In this document: in pieces, positions 11,601 through 24,383 of the stretch
How the letters are laid out: each line of letters starts with the position of its first letter
Numbering within the stretch: position 1 is the stretch's first letter
Source: Squalus acanthias
Lineage: Eukaryota
Assembly (NCBI GenBank): GCA_030390025.1
Contig: CM059431.1
Coordinates: 96,040,001-96,104,000, forward strand
DNA: 64,000 nt
Direction of reading: 5' to 3'
Notes under the pieces: generated by a model
Told to the model about the DNA's origin: nothing
The model's input: the letters and a program-made list of their open reading frames with translations, nothing else
Database searches by the model: none
Program-made: the position numbers and the translations under genes

Positions 11601-12708
11601 TCTTATGTTCTTATATTTGTAGATACATTTACTAATGGTGTTTAGAATATTTTGTGGTCTTTCTCATTTCACCTTTGCGCCCAGGAGGACGCTGTGATAT
11701 GGCGTGAGACAGGGATTCTATGATGGGGATGTGGTGAGCTACAGGGATCTGGGGTTTCATTCATTCGAATCGCTGTCTGATGAGCCGGTCACGGACAGCC
11801 CATCCGGAAGGCCGATTGTCTCGGTGTCTCCTCCATCCCTCCTGTTCCTCCTCCTGAGGTGGTCCCGCAATCCCTGCTGGCAAGGGCTGCATGCCCTCAT
11901 GATGGCAAAGTGGTGGAGCATGCAGCAGACCACCACGAAATGGGACACCCACTCTGGCGAGTAGTGGAGGGCTCCTCCCGAGCGGTCCTGGCAGTAGACC
12001 CATTGCCTCAGTAGCCTGATGGTGTTCCTGGGGAAGCATGGCTCTCATTATATGAGTGCTGGGCACGAGTGTTGGAGTTGCGGAGAGGAGTCATGAGCCA
12101 GGTGGAGAGCGGATAGCCCTGGTCTCCGAGCAACCACCCTTGAGCTTGACGTGGTGGCTGGAAGAGCGCTGGCATACCAGTCTGGCGCAGGATGAAGGCA
12201 TCATGACTGCTGCCAGGATAGCGGGCATTTACATTAAGGATTCGTTGTCTGTAGTCGCACACCAACTTAATGTTAAGTGAGTGAGTATTTTTGAGACGCT
12301 TCAAACTACAACACTTGCTAAAAGGCAATGAGGGAGTTTTTTACTTTCCAGAACACTCCCCGATACCAAAAAACCTTGAAATAACTACAGAAAACACTTG
12401 CAATTGCAGGAAGTACCACATGGCCACTCAAACTGCAAAACCCTGACAGGTGCGAGTGATTGGTGAAGATCCTTTAAATATCATCATTGGAGCCGGCTTC
12501 CTGCTGCTGCTGCCACCTCAACCTGTCGTTGCTTTCTCCAGTCGGTAAGTACATTGGCTAAAACGATGTTGGGAGATTGGGCATCCAGTGAGCGTTGCAC
12601 ACTCACTGACGTCAGGATCTCCATCATGGTGAGCTCCCTGGCAACACCGATATGGCGTACGGTGCTGGAACCAGCGTCAGCTGTCAACGGCAGATGAGTT
12701 TCTCCCCC
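8685..12708. mobile_element. Second Harbinger family copy, internally deleted and interrupted by a CR1
   Basis: Left TIR GGGCTAGAAATTC; Myb exon 1 remnant (FSEEALE...WREVA...KFNELTRVIR|GTGAGT, about 9040-9280); minus-strand transposase remnant 11757-12290 (YPGSSHDAFIL, LLGDQGYP, CCMLHH); right end TGAGTTTCTCCCC. Confidence 0.8.
9483..11614 (+). mobile_element. Young 5'-truncated CR1 LINE (ORF2 RT, 9605-11421, one frameshift)
   Basis: [50 protein letters not shown]; (TTCTTATG) tail. Near-identical to 51079-52170. Confidence 0.95.
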
Positions 12709-13174
12709 CCCCCCCCACCCCTTCTTTAAACAGGGAATTCCACAAATGCACTGCTGTCATGAGAACCTGGTGCTCTGGTGAGCATTATTTTATGCAAAAC
12801 TTTCAGTAAAAACATCTTCAACAATGGCTGCTCTTCCCACTATTTTATCATACTGTTTCTTATTGTGTTCAAGGCAAGAGAGGTTAGTGCTATGGAATGG
12901 AACTTGTCCCCTTTCAGGCACCCAGTGTCAGTGTTGAGGACTCCTGGGTATAGCATAGCTGCATATAGCGTAAAGCTCCCTCTACTCTGTCCCAACAACA
13001 TGCCACAGCCCCAACCTCAGTACCACTCACAACTGCACCAGTGAGACATTATTTCCCATACCAGCCATCCTGTAGCCTCCGAGTGAAACTGCCAATTAGT
13101 GGCAAATTAGGGAACAGTGAGAGTTAATCTTAGAGATATATAAAATAGTAAATGGCATGGAAAAAGTATATATA

Positions 13175-13945
13175 CACGAATATACGAATTAGGAGCAGGA
13201 GTAGTCCCGTCGAGCCTGCTCCACCATTCAATAAGATCATGGCTGATCTGATTACTCCACATTCCCGGTACCCCCGAAAACCTTTCAACCCCTTGCTTAT
13301 CAAGAATCTAACTACCTCTGCCTTAAAAATATTCAAAGACTCTGCTTCCACCGCCCTCTGAGGAAGAGTTTTCCAAAGACTGACGACCCTCTGAGAGAAA
13401 ACATTTCTCCTCATCTCTGTCTTAAATGGGCGACCCCTTATTTTTAATCAGTGACCCCTAGGTCTAGATTCTCCCACAAGAGGAAACATCCTCTCCACAT
13501 CCAACCTGTCAAGACCCCTCATGATCTTATATGTTTCAATCAAGTCACCTCTTACACTTCTAAGCGGATACAAGCCTAGCTTGTCCAACCTTTCCTCATA
13601 AGGCAACCCACCCATTCCAGGTATTAGTCTGGTAAACCTTCTCTGAACTGCTTCCAACGCATTTACATCCTTCCTTAAATAAGGAGACCAATACCGTACA
13701 CAGTACTCCAGATGTGTTCTCACCAATGCCCTGTATAACTGAAGCATAACCTCCCTACTTTTATATTCAATTGCCCTCGCAATAAATAACATTCTGATAG
13801 CTTTCCTAATTATTTGCTGTACCTGCATACTAACCTTTTGCGATTCATGCACTAGGACACCCAGATCCCTCTGCACCTCAGAGCTCTGCAATCTCTCACC
13901 ATTTAGATAATATGCTTCTTTTTTATTCTTCCTGCCAAAATGGAA
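13175..13945 (-). mobile_element. CR1 LINE 3' fragment
   Basis: ORFs 13448-13891 and 13130-13414 match the CR1 ORF2 C-terminus (RDLGVLV, LEYCV..WSP, RGDLIETYKI). Confidence 0.9.
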
Positions 13946-15920
13946 TAGTACTTCAAATTAAATTGTGCAAGGCCAGTTTCAAAGTACTAAAAGACAAATT
14001 TATGAAGAGCTCCTTCATACAAAGTGATCAACACATGGGCTCCCAGATAGAGTAGTAGAGGCATGCTACAGTTATTATATAAGTAGAACGTTGGGGAGAA
14101 GACATTGTTCAGCAAACTAAAATGTCACAGATATTAAATAATTTGCCTTGTAATTCCCTCCATGCTTTTTGTATGGTTAGAAGTACAAATTGCTATGTAT
14201 TGATCAATAATAATGTAAATGATACCTTTCAGAGTGAGAACGAATAGACCAGGCCTTGCCTATTAATTATCAAATAGTCAGACGATTCCATCGGACTAGA
14301 AGGTGGGCTCTTAAGTGAGAAACAAAAACTACAAACTTAGGAAAATATTCAACTAACTTAACAGACAGCCTGACTCATGTTATCCCCTCTCCATGGCGCT
14401 GCACCTACCCCCTTCATATTACAGGGAAGATTTCACAATAATGCTGCACACAAAATATTCAAACATTCCCAAAAAGCACAAACTTTAAGCAAAGCTTACA
14501 TGTAGCAGTTGTGACTGGTCAGTTTCACTGGAAGCTTCCCCAGTGCTAGAAAGAGAAGGTCCTTGAGGGGTCAAAGACAGAATCTATTTGGTTGGAGTTA
14601 AGAAATAAAGAAGCTATTACACTACTTGGTATATTTTATAGGCCACCAAATAGTGAGAAGGAGATAGAGGAGCAGATTTGCAAGGAAGTTACTGAGAGGT
14701 GCAAGAACTATAGAGTAGTGATAATGGGAGACTTTAACTACCCCAATATTGAATGGGGCAGTGATTGTGTTAAGGGCAGAGAAGGGGAGGTTTTCTTAAG
14801 TGTGTTCAGGAGAATTTTCTTGATCAGTATGTTTTCTGCCCAATGAGGAAGGAGGCATTGTTGGATCTAGTCCTGCAAAATGAAGTGGGTCAAGTGGAGA
14901 ATGGCATCGTAGGGGAGCATCTCGGGAATAGTGAACATAATATACTAAGGTTTAGATTAGTTATGGGGAAGTACAAGGAGCAATCTAGAATAAAGATACT
15001 TAACTGGAGGAAGGCTAATTTCAGTGAATTGAGGAGAGATCTGGCCCCGGTTAATTGGAGTCAACGGCTGGCAGACAGAAATACAATGGAGCAATGGGCA
15101 GCCTTTAAAGAGATGATTCGGTTAAAGTCTAGGTACATTCCCACAAGTGGGAATGGGAGAACAACTATAGCTAGAGTTCCCTGGATGACAAAGAAGTTAG
15201 AGAGTAGGATGAAATAGAAAAAAAGGGACGTATGACAGATGTCAGCTTGATAATACAAGGGAGAATCAGGCTGAATATAACAAGTACAGAGAAGTGAAAA
15301 AGGAAATGAGGAGCAAAGAGACAGTACAAGAATAGATTGGTGGCCATCATAAAAGAGAATCCAAAGGCCTTCTACAGGCATATTAACAGTAAAAGAATTG
15401 TCATAGGAGCGGTGAGGCCGATTAGTGAACAAAATGGGCATCTATTGGTGAAGGCAGAAAGCATAGCTGAGGTACTAAATGAGTACTTTGCATCGGTATT
15501 TACCAAGGAAGAGGACTTTGCCAAAGGTGAGGAGGTTGTCCAGATACTGAAAAGATAAAAATAGGTAAGAAGCTATCTGAAAGGCTGGCAGTACTTAAAG
15601 TAGATAAGTCACCTGGTCCAGATGGGATGCATCCTAGGTTGCGGAGGGAAGTAAGGGTAGAAATTGCGGAGGTGCTGGCCACAATCTTCCAATCCTCTTT
15701 AGAAACAGGGGTGGTGCCAGAGGACTGGAGGATTGCAAATGTTACACCCTTGTTCAAAAAAGGGGAGCAGGATAAACCTGGCAATTACAGGCCAGTCAGT
15801 GGTCGAGAAGCTTTAACAAACAATAATCTGGGAGAAAATTAATAGCCACTTGGACAAGTATGGACTAATAAAGGAGAGCCAGCATGGATTTGTTAAGGGC
15901 AAATTGTGTTTGACTAAGTT

Positions 15921-16506
15921 CATAGAATCACAGAAAGTTACAGCATGGAAGGAGGCCATTTCGGCCCATCGTGTCCGCACCAGCCAACAAAGAGCTATCC
16001 AGCTAAATCCCACTTCCCAGCTCTTGGTCCGTAGCCCTGCAGGTTACAGCATCCCAAATGCACAACCAAGTACTTTTTAAATGTGGTTAGGGTTCCTGCC
16101 TCTACCATCCTTTTAGGCAGTGAGTTTCAGACCCCCATAATCCTCTGGGTGAAGAAATTTGTCCTCAAATCCCCTCTAAACCTTCCACCAATTACTTTAA
16201 ATCTGTGCCCCTGGTTTTTGACCCCTCTGCTGAGGGAAATAGGTCCTTTCTATCCACTTTATCTAGGCCCCTCATCATTTTATACACCTCAATAAGGTCT
16301 CCCCTCAGCCTCCACCTGTTCTAAGGAAAACAAACCCAGCCTATGCAGTCTTTCCTCATAGCTAAGATTCTCTACTCCTGGCAACATCCTTGTAAATCTC
16401 CTCTGTACCCTCTCTAGTGCAATCACATCCTTCCTGTAATGTGGTGACCAGAATTGCATGCAGTACTCTAGCTGAGGCCTAACTAGTGTTTTATACAGTT
16501 GAAGCA
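15921..16506 (-). mobile_element. CR1 3' fragment inserted antisense into the 14545-17150 CR1
   Basis: Minus ORF LQLYKTLVRPQLEYCMQFWSP; tail at about 15921; host sequence TGACTAA.TTCAT|CGAG is split, with TTCAT on both sides. Confidence 0.85.
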
Positions 16507-16736
16507 CTTCATCGAGTTTTTTGATGAGGTAACAGAGAGGGTGGATGAGGGCAGTGCAGTTGATGTTGTGTATATGGACTTTCAAAAGGCGTTTGGTAAA
16601 GTACCACATGTTAGGCTTGCTAGCAAAATTGAAGCCCATGGGATAAAAGGGGCAGTAGCAGCATGGATACAAAATTGGCTAAGGGATAGAAAGCAGAGAG
16701 TTGTAGTGAATGCCTCCCTCCAGTCCGAAAAACAGC

Positions 16737-16880
16737 CAATGTTCCCTCTAATTTTTTTTTCATGCGCGGTCCCTTTAACTGCCTGCGCAGCCCATTCATA
16801 TTTTCACACAGGCGCAATTTCTTCCATGTAATATCCGGTGAGCGGCCTGCGCAGGACTCCAGAACGCTGCGCGGCTCAGC
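16737..16880. mobile_element. hAT-type MITE, one end lost
   Basis: Starts CAATGTTCCCTCTAATTTTTTTT, the inverted counterpart of the right end of the 16935-17088 element. Confidence 0.6.
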
Positions 16881-16934
16881 GTCTACAGTGGAGGGAGGTC
16901 TACAGTGGTGTTCCCCAGGGTTCAGCACTAGGAC

Positions 16935-17088
16935 CAACATTCCTGCTAAGCTGCTCAGCTGTCTGGAGGTCCCGCGCATGCTGCTCACAGACTTTTCAAT
17001 GTAAGTAACCGCACGAGCGAAAAATTGGCCAGGCCGCGCAGGCAGGTACAGGGTCCGTGCACCAAAAAAAAAATTACAGGGGACATTG
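16935..17088. mobile_element. hAT-type MITE (154 bp) with 8-bp TSD
   Basis: TSD ACTAGGAC at 16927-16934 and 17089-17096; imperfect TIRs CAACATTCCTGCTAA / TTACAGGGGACATTG. Confidence 0.85.
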
Positions 17089-18139
17089 ACTAGGACCACT
17101 GCGGTTTTTGATATACATTAATGACTTGGACTTGGGAGTACAGGGTGCAATGAGTAGTGTTTGTGGCGCCAGCAGTGTTAGCCTGTAGTCAGCTAGATCT
17201 CAAACTTTGACACTGGCAGCAAGACTCTAGTGCCAGTTTCTACTGCAGCAGTATGATCCTGTGCAATTTCCTGCTTTAGTCTGCTAAAGCAGGATTCTTA
17301 TCTAGTATTAACCTTGCCCATTTAGCAGATCTGTATTTTAATTTTCTCCATAGGAACAAAGGAACATAGGAATTGCTAGGCGAAAAAAGACCAAAGTCCA
17401 TCTACCATCCTGGCAGTTGTATGATACAATGAAAAGTTTGTTGACAATCATATCAATCAATCTCTATCAATTAGTTTACAACAGATCCAGAAATTACACG
17501 AGGAAGACCGCAGTGGTAGAGCGCTTTGGGAACCAAAAGGTACAAAGTCACCTTTTTCCTCCCAAGCATGCTAAACTTACCATACGTCTTGTCTCAAATT
17601 ACTCTCATACTGGATCCCTGATTTTTTCTGAAAAATAAATCTAACTAATTTATATTTGACTGAATCAATAATACTTCCACCATCTCCCCACGGAGTCTGT
17701 TCCATAGCTGGACCATTTGCTCACTGAAATATTGGGCTGAAAATTAACTCCCACTCGGGTGGGTTGGTGCCAGTCACAGGTTACAATTCAAAAAAATTGA
17801 AACAGCAAACCAACCCGTTTCGACTCCGCCCACTTTCGGTTTTAACACCGGCGTGAGGAGGGGTGGGTGACCAATCCGTTCGCAGGAGGCGGGTTGGTCA
17901 TTTAAATATTATAATGAGGCCCCTTGCCTTCATTTTAACAGCCATTCTATTTCCAACTCATGTTGGCCAGGTTTCCCAGGCCTCGGGAAATCCGGCAGGT
18001 GAAAGTTGGCGAGAAGGTAAGTGCCTTTACAGCAGTGCTTGTGGGCCAGGAGGAGCAGGAGTGTTTTCTCCCGGCCCAACAAGCAACCCAATAACCACAC
18101 CACCACCCTCCGCGATTCAAAAGCATAAGAATTAGTAGC

Positions 18140-20210
18140 TAGAGTCAGAGTCATAATGGCACAGAAGATGGCTATTCGGCCCATCAAGTCTGTGCCAGCT
18201 CTCTCTAGAGCAATCCAGTCAGTTACATTCCCCTGCTCTATCCCCATAGCCCTGCAAGTTTATTTCCCTCAAGTGCCTATCCAGTCTCCCCTTGAAAACA
18301 TTGAGTGTCTCCGCTTCCACCACTTCTGTAGACAGCGAGTTCCAGGTCCTCACCACTCGCAGCGTAAAAACATTTTTCCCTCACATCCCCCTGTATCTCT
18401 TACCCAAAACCTTAAATCTGTGTCCCCTAGTCCTTGTACCATCAACTAGTGGGAACAGTCTTTCCCCGTCTGGCCTATCCAAACCAGTCAATCTTCTACA
18501 CTTCTATCAAATCACCCCTCAACCTCCTTTACTCCAATGAAATCAAGTCCAGCTTCTCCAACCTGTCCTTGTAGCAAAGATCCCCCATCCCCGGAACCAT
18601 TCTGGTAAATCTCCTCTGCACCCTCTCAGGGGCCTTCACATCCTTCCCAAAGTGTAGTGACCAGAACTGGACACAATACTCCAGTTGTGGCCTAACCAGT
18701 GCTTTATAAAGGTTCAGCATAACATCTCTACTTTTGTACTCAATACCTCTATTTATGCAGCCCAAGATCCCATATGCTTTGTTAACCACTCTCTCAATAT
18801 GTCCCACCACCTTCAGGGACCTATGCACATTAACTCCCAGGTACCTCTGTCCCTGCACACTCTTTAAAACTGTGCCATTAAGTGTATATTGCTTCTCCCT
18901 GTTGCTTCTGCCAAAATGCATCACCTCACACTTCTCTCTATTAAATTCCATCTGCCAGTTCTCTACCCATTCTGCTAGCCTTTCCATGTCCTATTGCAGT
19001 CGATTGGTATCATCACTGTTTGCCACACCCCCAAGTTTGGTGTCATCGGCAAATTTAAAAATTCTGCTCTGGATTCCAATATCCAGGTCATTAATATATA
19101 TCAAAAAAAGCTGTGGCCCAAGCACTGACCCTTGGGGAACACCACTGTCTACCATCCTCCAGTCTGAAAAATAGCCATTTACCACAACTCGCTGTTTTCT
19201 GTCTTTAAGCCAATTCCTTATCCAAGCTGCCACTGACCCAGCTATTCCATGAGCCTCAATTTTGTTAACCAGCCTTCTATGTGGTACTTTGTCAAACGCC
19301 TTCCGAAAATCCGTATAGACAACATCCATTGCATTCCCTTCATCGATCCTCCCTGTTAGAGCATCAAAAGATTCAATTAGATTAGTCAAACACAATCTGC
19401 CTTTTACAAATCCATGTTGGCGCTCCTTAATTAGCTTAAACCTCTCCAAGTGCCCATTAATTTTTTCATTGACTATTGTTTCTAAAACTTTACCCACCAC
19501 TGATGTTAAACTGACCGGCCTGCAGTTACTAGGATTGTCCTTATACCCTTTCTTGAACAATGGTGTCACATTTGCCACTTTCAAATCCTCAGGCACCTCC
19601 CCCGCATTTAGGGAAGATTGGAAAATTATGGCAAGCCCTTCCGTTATCTTCTCCCCCAATTCCCTTAGCAACCTGGGATGCAAGTCATCTGGACCAGGCG
19701 ACTTATCCACTCTTAGCGTACCCAGCCTTTCTCGTACATCCTGTCCATCAATTTTCACCCCTTCCATTGCTTCTACTTTTCCACTTCTGATATTGTCAGC
19801 ATCCACCTCCTTAGTAAACACCGATACAAAGTACTCATTGAGTATTCAAGCCTTGCCCTAAGCCTCGAAGCATATAACACCTTCTTTGTCCCTAATAGGT
19901 CCCACCCTGCCTCTTACTACCCGCTTACTGTTTACATGCTGGTAGAAGAATTTTGGGTTCCCTTTTATGCTAATCACCATTCTACTCTCATATTCTCTCT
20001 TTGCCAATCTTTTCATCTTCACTTCCCCTCTCAACTTATTGTATTTCGTCTGGTTCTCCCTTGAAGAAGTCACCTGACATTCATCATACACTCGTACCCA
20101 AGTGTTCTCCCACAGACACTTGGTCGACCTGGCCCACCTCATTCCCCAGCACCAGATCCAGCAATGCCTCCTTCCTAGTTGGGCCAAGAACATACTGGTC
20201 AAGGAACTTT
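18140..20210 (-). mobile_element. CR1 LINE ORF2 remnant with internal deletion
   Basis: ORFs 18529-18987 and 18991-19821 ([18 protein letters not shown]); 3' tail near 18140. Confidence 0.9.
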
Positions 20211-21060
20211 ATGCGAAATTCTATCATATTATGATCACTCTGCCCCAAAGGATCCTTTACTATGAGATTGCTAATTAACCCGGTCTCATTACACAATACA
20301 AGATCTGAAATAGCCTGTTCGCTGGTTGGTTCCATGATGTAGTGTTTTAGGAAACTGTCCCGAATGCATTCCATGAACTCGTCCTCCAGACTACCTTTAC
20401 CAATTTGATTTGTCCAGTCTATATGAAGATTCAAGTCCCCCACGATTATTGCATTATCTTTGTTACAAACTCCTCCTATTTCTTGATTAATATTCTGTCC
20501 AACGGTATAGCTACTATATACCACTCCCACCAGTGTTTTCTGCCCCTTGTTATACCTTATCTCCACCCATACGGATTCTACTTCCTGATCTTCTGAGCCA
20601 AGATCCTTTTTCTCTACTGAGCTTGTGTCATCCTTTACTATCAGGGCTACCCCCTCCTTTTCCATTCTGCCTGTCTTTTCGAAATGTCAAGTACCCTGGA
20701 ACATTTAGTTCCCAACCTTGGTCACCTTGCAACCACATCTCTGTAATGGCTATTAGATCAAACCCATTGATCTCTATTTGTGACACTAGTTCATCTATCT
20801 TGTTACAAATGCTTTGTGCATTCAGATAAAGAGCCTTTAATTTAATTTTTTTACCATTATTCCCTGCTTTGACCTTATTCTCTGCCGCACTGCTGCTGTT
20901 AAACTCTCTGTCCCTTCCTGTCACACACTGCTTATTTTTACTCAAATTGCTACACTGCTCTATTGCCTTGACCTTTCTCTTTAGGTTTCTAAATTTGCCC
21001 TCACCTGACCCCCTTCCCCACCTCCCCATTTTTTTTTTTTTAGTTTAAAGCCCTATCTAT
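20211..21060 (-). mobile_element. CR1 fragment: ORF1 end and APE endonuclease N-half
   Basis: LYLNAQSICNK, ITEMWL, GDLNLH, SDHNMI; upstream AGG GCT TTA AAC TAA resembles the ORF1 end. Confidence 0.85.
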
Positions 21061-21514
21061 GGGATTACGTTACAAGTTGCTGTTGTTGAAGAGACAGGCA
21101 GGCAAACAGCAGTTTAGCAGAAAATATTGCACAGGAAATAATTTCATCCACTTACTTGAATGGGCAGAGCCTAACCATGTGTCTCATTGCTACACTACAT
21201 CAAACCACCTGTATGGGTAGGAGACAGAGACTAGGAATAATGGGTGTGCACTCAAATTGGAAGGATGTAAAAGAAAGTTAGTCAGACACGACCTTCCCTT
21301 AACAAATCAATGCTGACTGTCCTTGATTAACCCGTGCCTTTCTAAATGACGATTAATACTGTCCCTCAGAATTTTTTTCAATAATTTGTCCACCACCGAG
21401 GTTAGGCTGACTGGTCTGTAATTACTCCATCTATCCCTTTCTCCCTTTTTAAACAACGGTACAATGTTGCCAGTCCTCCAGTTTTCTGGCACCACACCTG
21501 CAGCCAGAGAGGAT

Positions 21515-24383
21515 TGGAAAATGTTGTTCCCTCAGTCTTTGAGCCATCAAGAAACACCAGAGGATGGCTACTGGGCGACAAGGACTATCCCTTGACCACC
21601 TGGCTCATGACTCCGCAACACAACCACACGTGGGCAGCATGCTTACGAGAACCATTCTGCCACACGAAACATCATAGAGCAGACCATTGGCATCCTTAAA
21701 CAATGCTTCTGTTGCCTGGAATGCTCTGGAGGAGCCCTACAGCACTCACCAGAGCGTGTGTCCCCAATTCGTCGTGGTCTGCTGTATCCTCCACAAAGAG
21801 GCCATCATGAGGCCACAGCCCTTGGTACCAGGGATACAGCCACCAGCTCAGGAGGAGGAGGAGGAAGAGGAGGAATGGGAGGAAGAGGCGGCAGAAAAGG
21901 AGGCGGCAGCGGAAGAGGAGGAGGAGGAGACGGCGGAAGAGGAGGAGGCAGAAGCGTAAAGAAGGAGGCAACCCAGACAGCCCCTTTCTGGACAGGATAT
22001 CCAGGATCAAATCATCTGCCTGCGGTACGATTAAACACAACCCCTTTAGCTCATTCAACATTAGTCCCACACCTTACCTTCCCTCTGTTACTGACCATCA
22101 GTGCCCTCTTGGCCACAATGCTGAAGCAAAAGGCATCACAAAGCAAACTTTCCAATCAAGCTTTATCCATATATCCATCCAATATTACATAAAAAATTTA
22201 AACTAATCACCCTTAATGCATTCCCTTAGTAACCGTCTTGCGAGTGCCTTTGCCTATCCTAATGCTCCTACGTGGTTCCACCCCAATGGTTGCAGCATGG
22301 CTGGTGGAAGGCAGCTGACTTTCAGTGGGGAGACTGCAGATGGCCTTGCAGGATGACCAGGAGGAGCTCTAGGCCTAGTGGGCCCGGCTTCGAACTGCAC
22401 CACCTCGGCATGGGCGTCAGCAATCTGGGCTGGCTGGGTGACAGGCAACACCAAGAGCACTGGCAGAGTGGCAGTGGTGGGAGGACAAATGCGGTCATCC
22501 TGAGAGAGGACAGCAGAGTCGGCCTCCACGGATCCAATGCCACTCACCAAGGGCAGCGCCTCAGCAATCCTAGTAATCTGCTGGAGGACTGACTGCTGGG
22601 ACACCCTGCAACATTTCCACACTGGTAAATTCAGCCATGATGGCAGCAGTCTGTGCGTGCATGACTTCAGCTTGCGCTTCCATTGCAGCAGTCAGACGTT
22701 GGGTGGCTTCTGCTTCAATGGCAGCTGAGACTTCGGCCATCAGACACGGCATGATGGTTGGGTCCACAAGTGCGTTAATGGATCTGCCCAGCCCTTCCAC
22801 GCTGGAAAGGATGTGCTCCAAGCTCTGCCCAAAGCCCTGAGCATGGCTGGAGCTGGACTCCTCCATGCTCCTTGGCAGTGCATTCAGGCTTTCTGGCAGG
22901 CCTGCAATTGCACCAAACATTTCATTGTGCATACCCATCAGTGTTCTACTATAGGCCACCTCATCGAGGTCTTCCTCGGAGTCCTGTGCAGCAGAACTCG
23001 TGTGCGACCTCGCCCTCCAGGGAGCTAGCACCTGGGCTACCCTTTCCCCCTGCCCTGGCTGTAGGCCACTCATGCCCAGTGTCTCACCATGTGCAGATCC
23101 CACGTCAAACCTATCCTCTAAAGTAGGCAGTGTGTCAGCATTTGAGCTGGTGGCTGGGAGTGTGAAATCAAGTGACCATGTTTCTTCTTCTTCACTCTCC
23201 TCTCCCTCTTGTTCTTCGATCACTGGCTGGGCAGGCTGCAATTCTTGGGTGCCTGAAATGAGAAAGGCACAAGGGTAGGGTTGTGGTAAGGGGAGGGGGG
23301 AAAAGCAATAGCTGCATACTTACACCAGGCGCAGATTGTAAATCAGAAGAGATTGTGGGATGAGGGGGAAGTGGGATGTGAGAAGGAGGATAACGTATGA
23401 GAATACCGGCATCTTGAATTGTTTCAGCCCCGCCACTGGCTCAGCCATGGCCCTGCCAAGAATGGCCAGTATCCTCCAAGCAGGTGAGGTGATGCAGGTG
23501 AGCCTGTCCCATGCCGGTTGAGCTCTGCTGCCTGCAGTTATGCGCCACTTTTTCCTGCAAGAGAAAGGGAAGTGTGTCAGTGAGCGTGGTGTAATGTGTT
23601 TAGATGATGCGTCAGTCATGCTTGAATAGCTGACAGTCTGTTGAAGCTGTGACATGTGGGTGAGAGTCTTGCAGCAGTGGTAAGCGTGTGCGGGTGAGGT
23701 GAAGCTATGAATATAAGGTATGAGTCATGTTTGGTAGAGATTGTTGGTAGGTAAGTGATGGGGGTGTGGTGTATTGAGCAGTGTGTGAGGCTAGTGGTGT
23801 AGATGGTGGGATATGACACGTGAAGATGAATTCACTGACCTTGACTACGTGTGGGAGGTCATTAAACTTCTTCCTGCACAGAGTCCAGGTCCTTGGGGCT
23901 ACACTGCTGGCATTGACCACAGTGGCTATCTGCTCATACTATACTCTTGTCTGTTCCTGGAGGGCTTCCTGCCCCCCTGTGGAAAGAGGACCTCTCTCCT
24001 CCTATTGACGTCCTGGATCAATGCCTCTAGTACTGCAGAGAATATTGGAGCCCATTCTATGGCCTGTTGAGCCATTACTTGATGATCTTTTTCTGATTGC
24101 AGCCTTCACAATCACTTCCACCAGCTGTTGCAAGCAGAAGGCATCTCCCCTTTAAGAGGTGCAGACTGCCTTTAAGTTGGGCAGGCTAGCTTGAATTGGT
24201 GTGAGCCTCGCACAAACTTGGACCCCCTGCTGAGCGTTCAGCCACGTCGGCTGAACACTACAATCATGCAAAGTGGCAGGCAGCACGAATTTTACATGCT
24301 GCCTGCATCCTCCGAACAGGTGCGGGCTCCTATCGCATTGTGATCCCCGCGCCCATTTTCGGGGGCTATCTGATTTCTAGCCC
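21515..24383 (-). mobile_element. Third Harbinger copy (same TIR type as 8685), one end truncated
   Basis: Plus-strand transposase tail 21515-22030 ([14 protein letters not shown], acidic run); minus-strand 3-exon Myb gene 24075-23840, 23554-23407, 23252-22213; terminal GATTTCTAGCCC (reverse GGGCTAGAAATC). Confidence 0.85.

Larger units (their letters stand above)
14545..17150 (+). mobile_element. Degraded CR1 ORF2 (APE endonuclease to RT), interrupted by an inverted CR1 and hAT MITEs
   Basis: YRPPN, MGDFNYP, LDLVL, SEHN, SPGPDGMHPR, QHGF, YMDFQKAF across broken frames. Confidence 0.85.
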
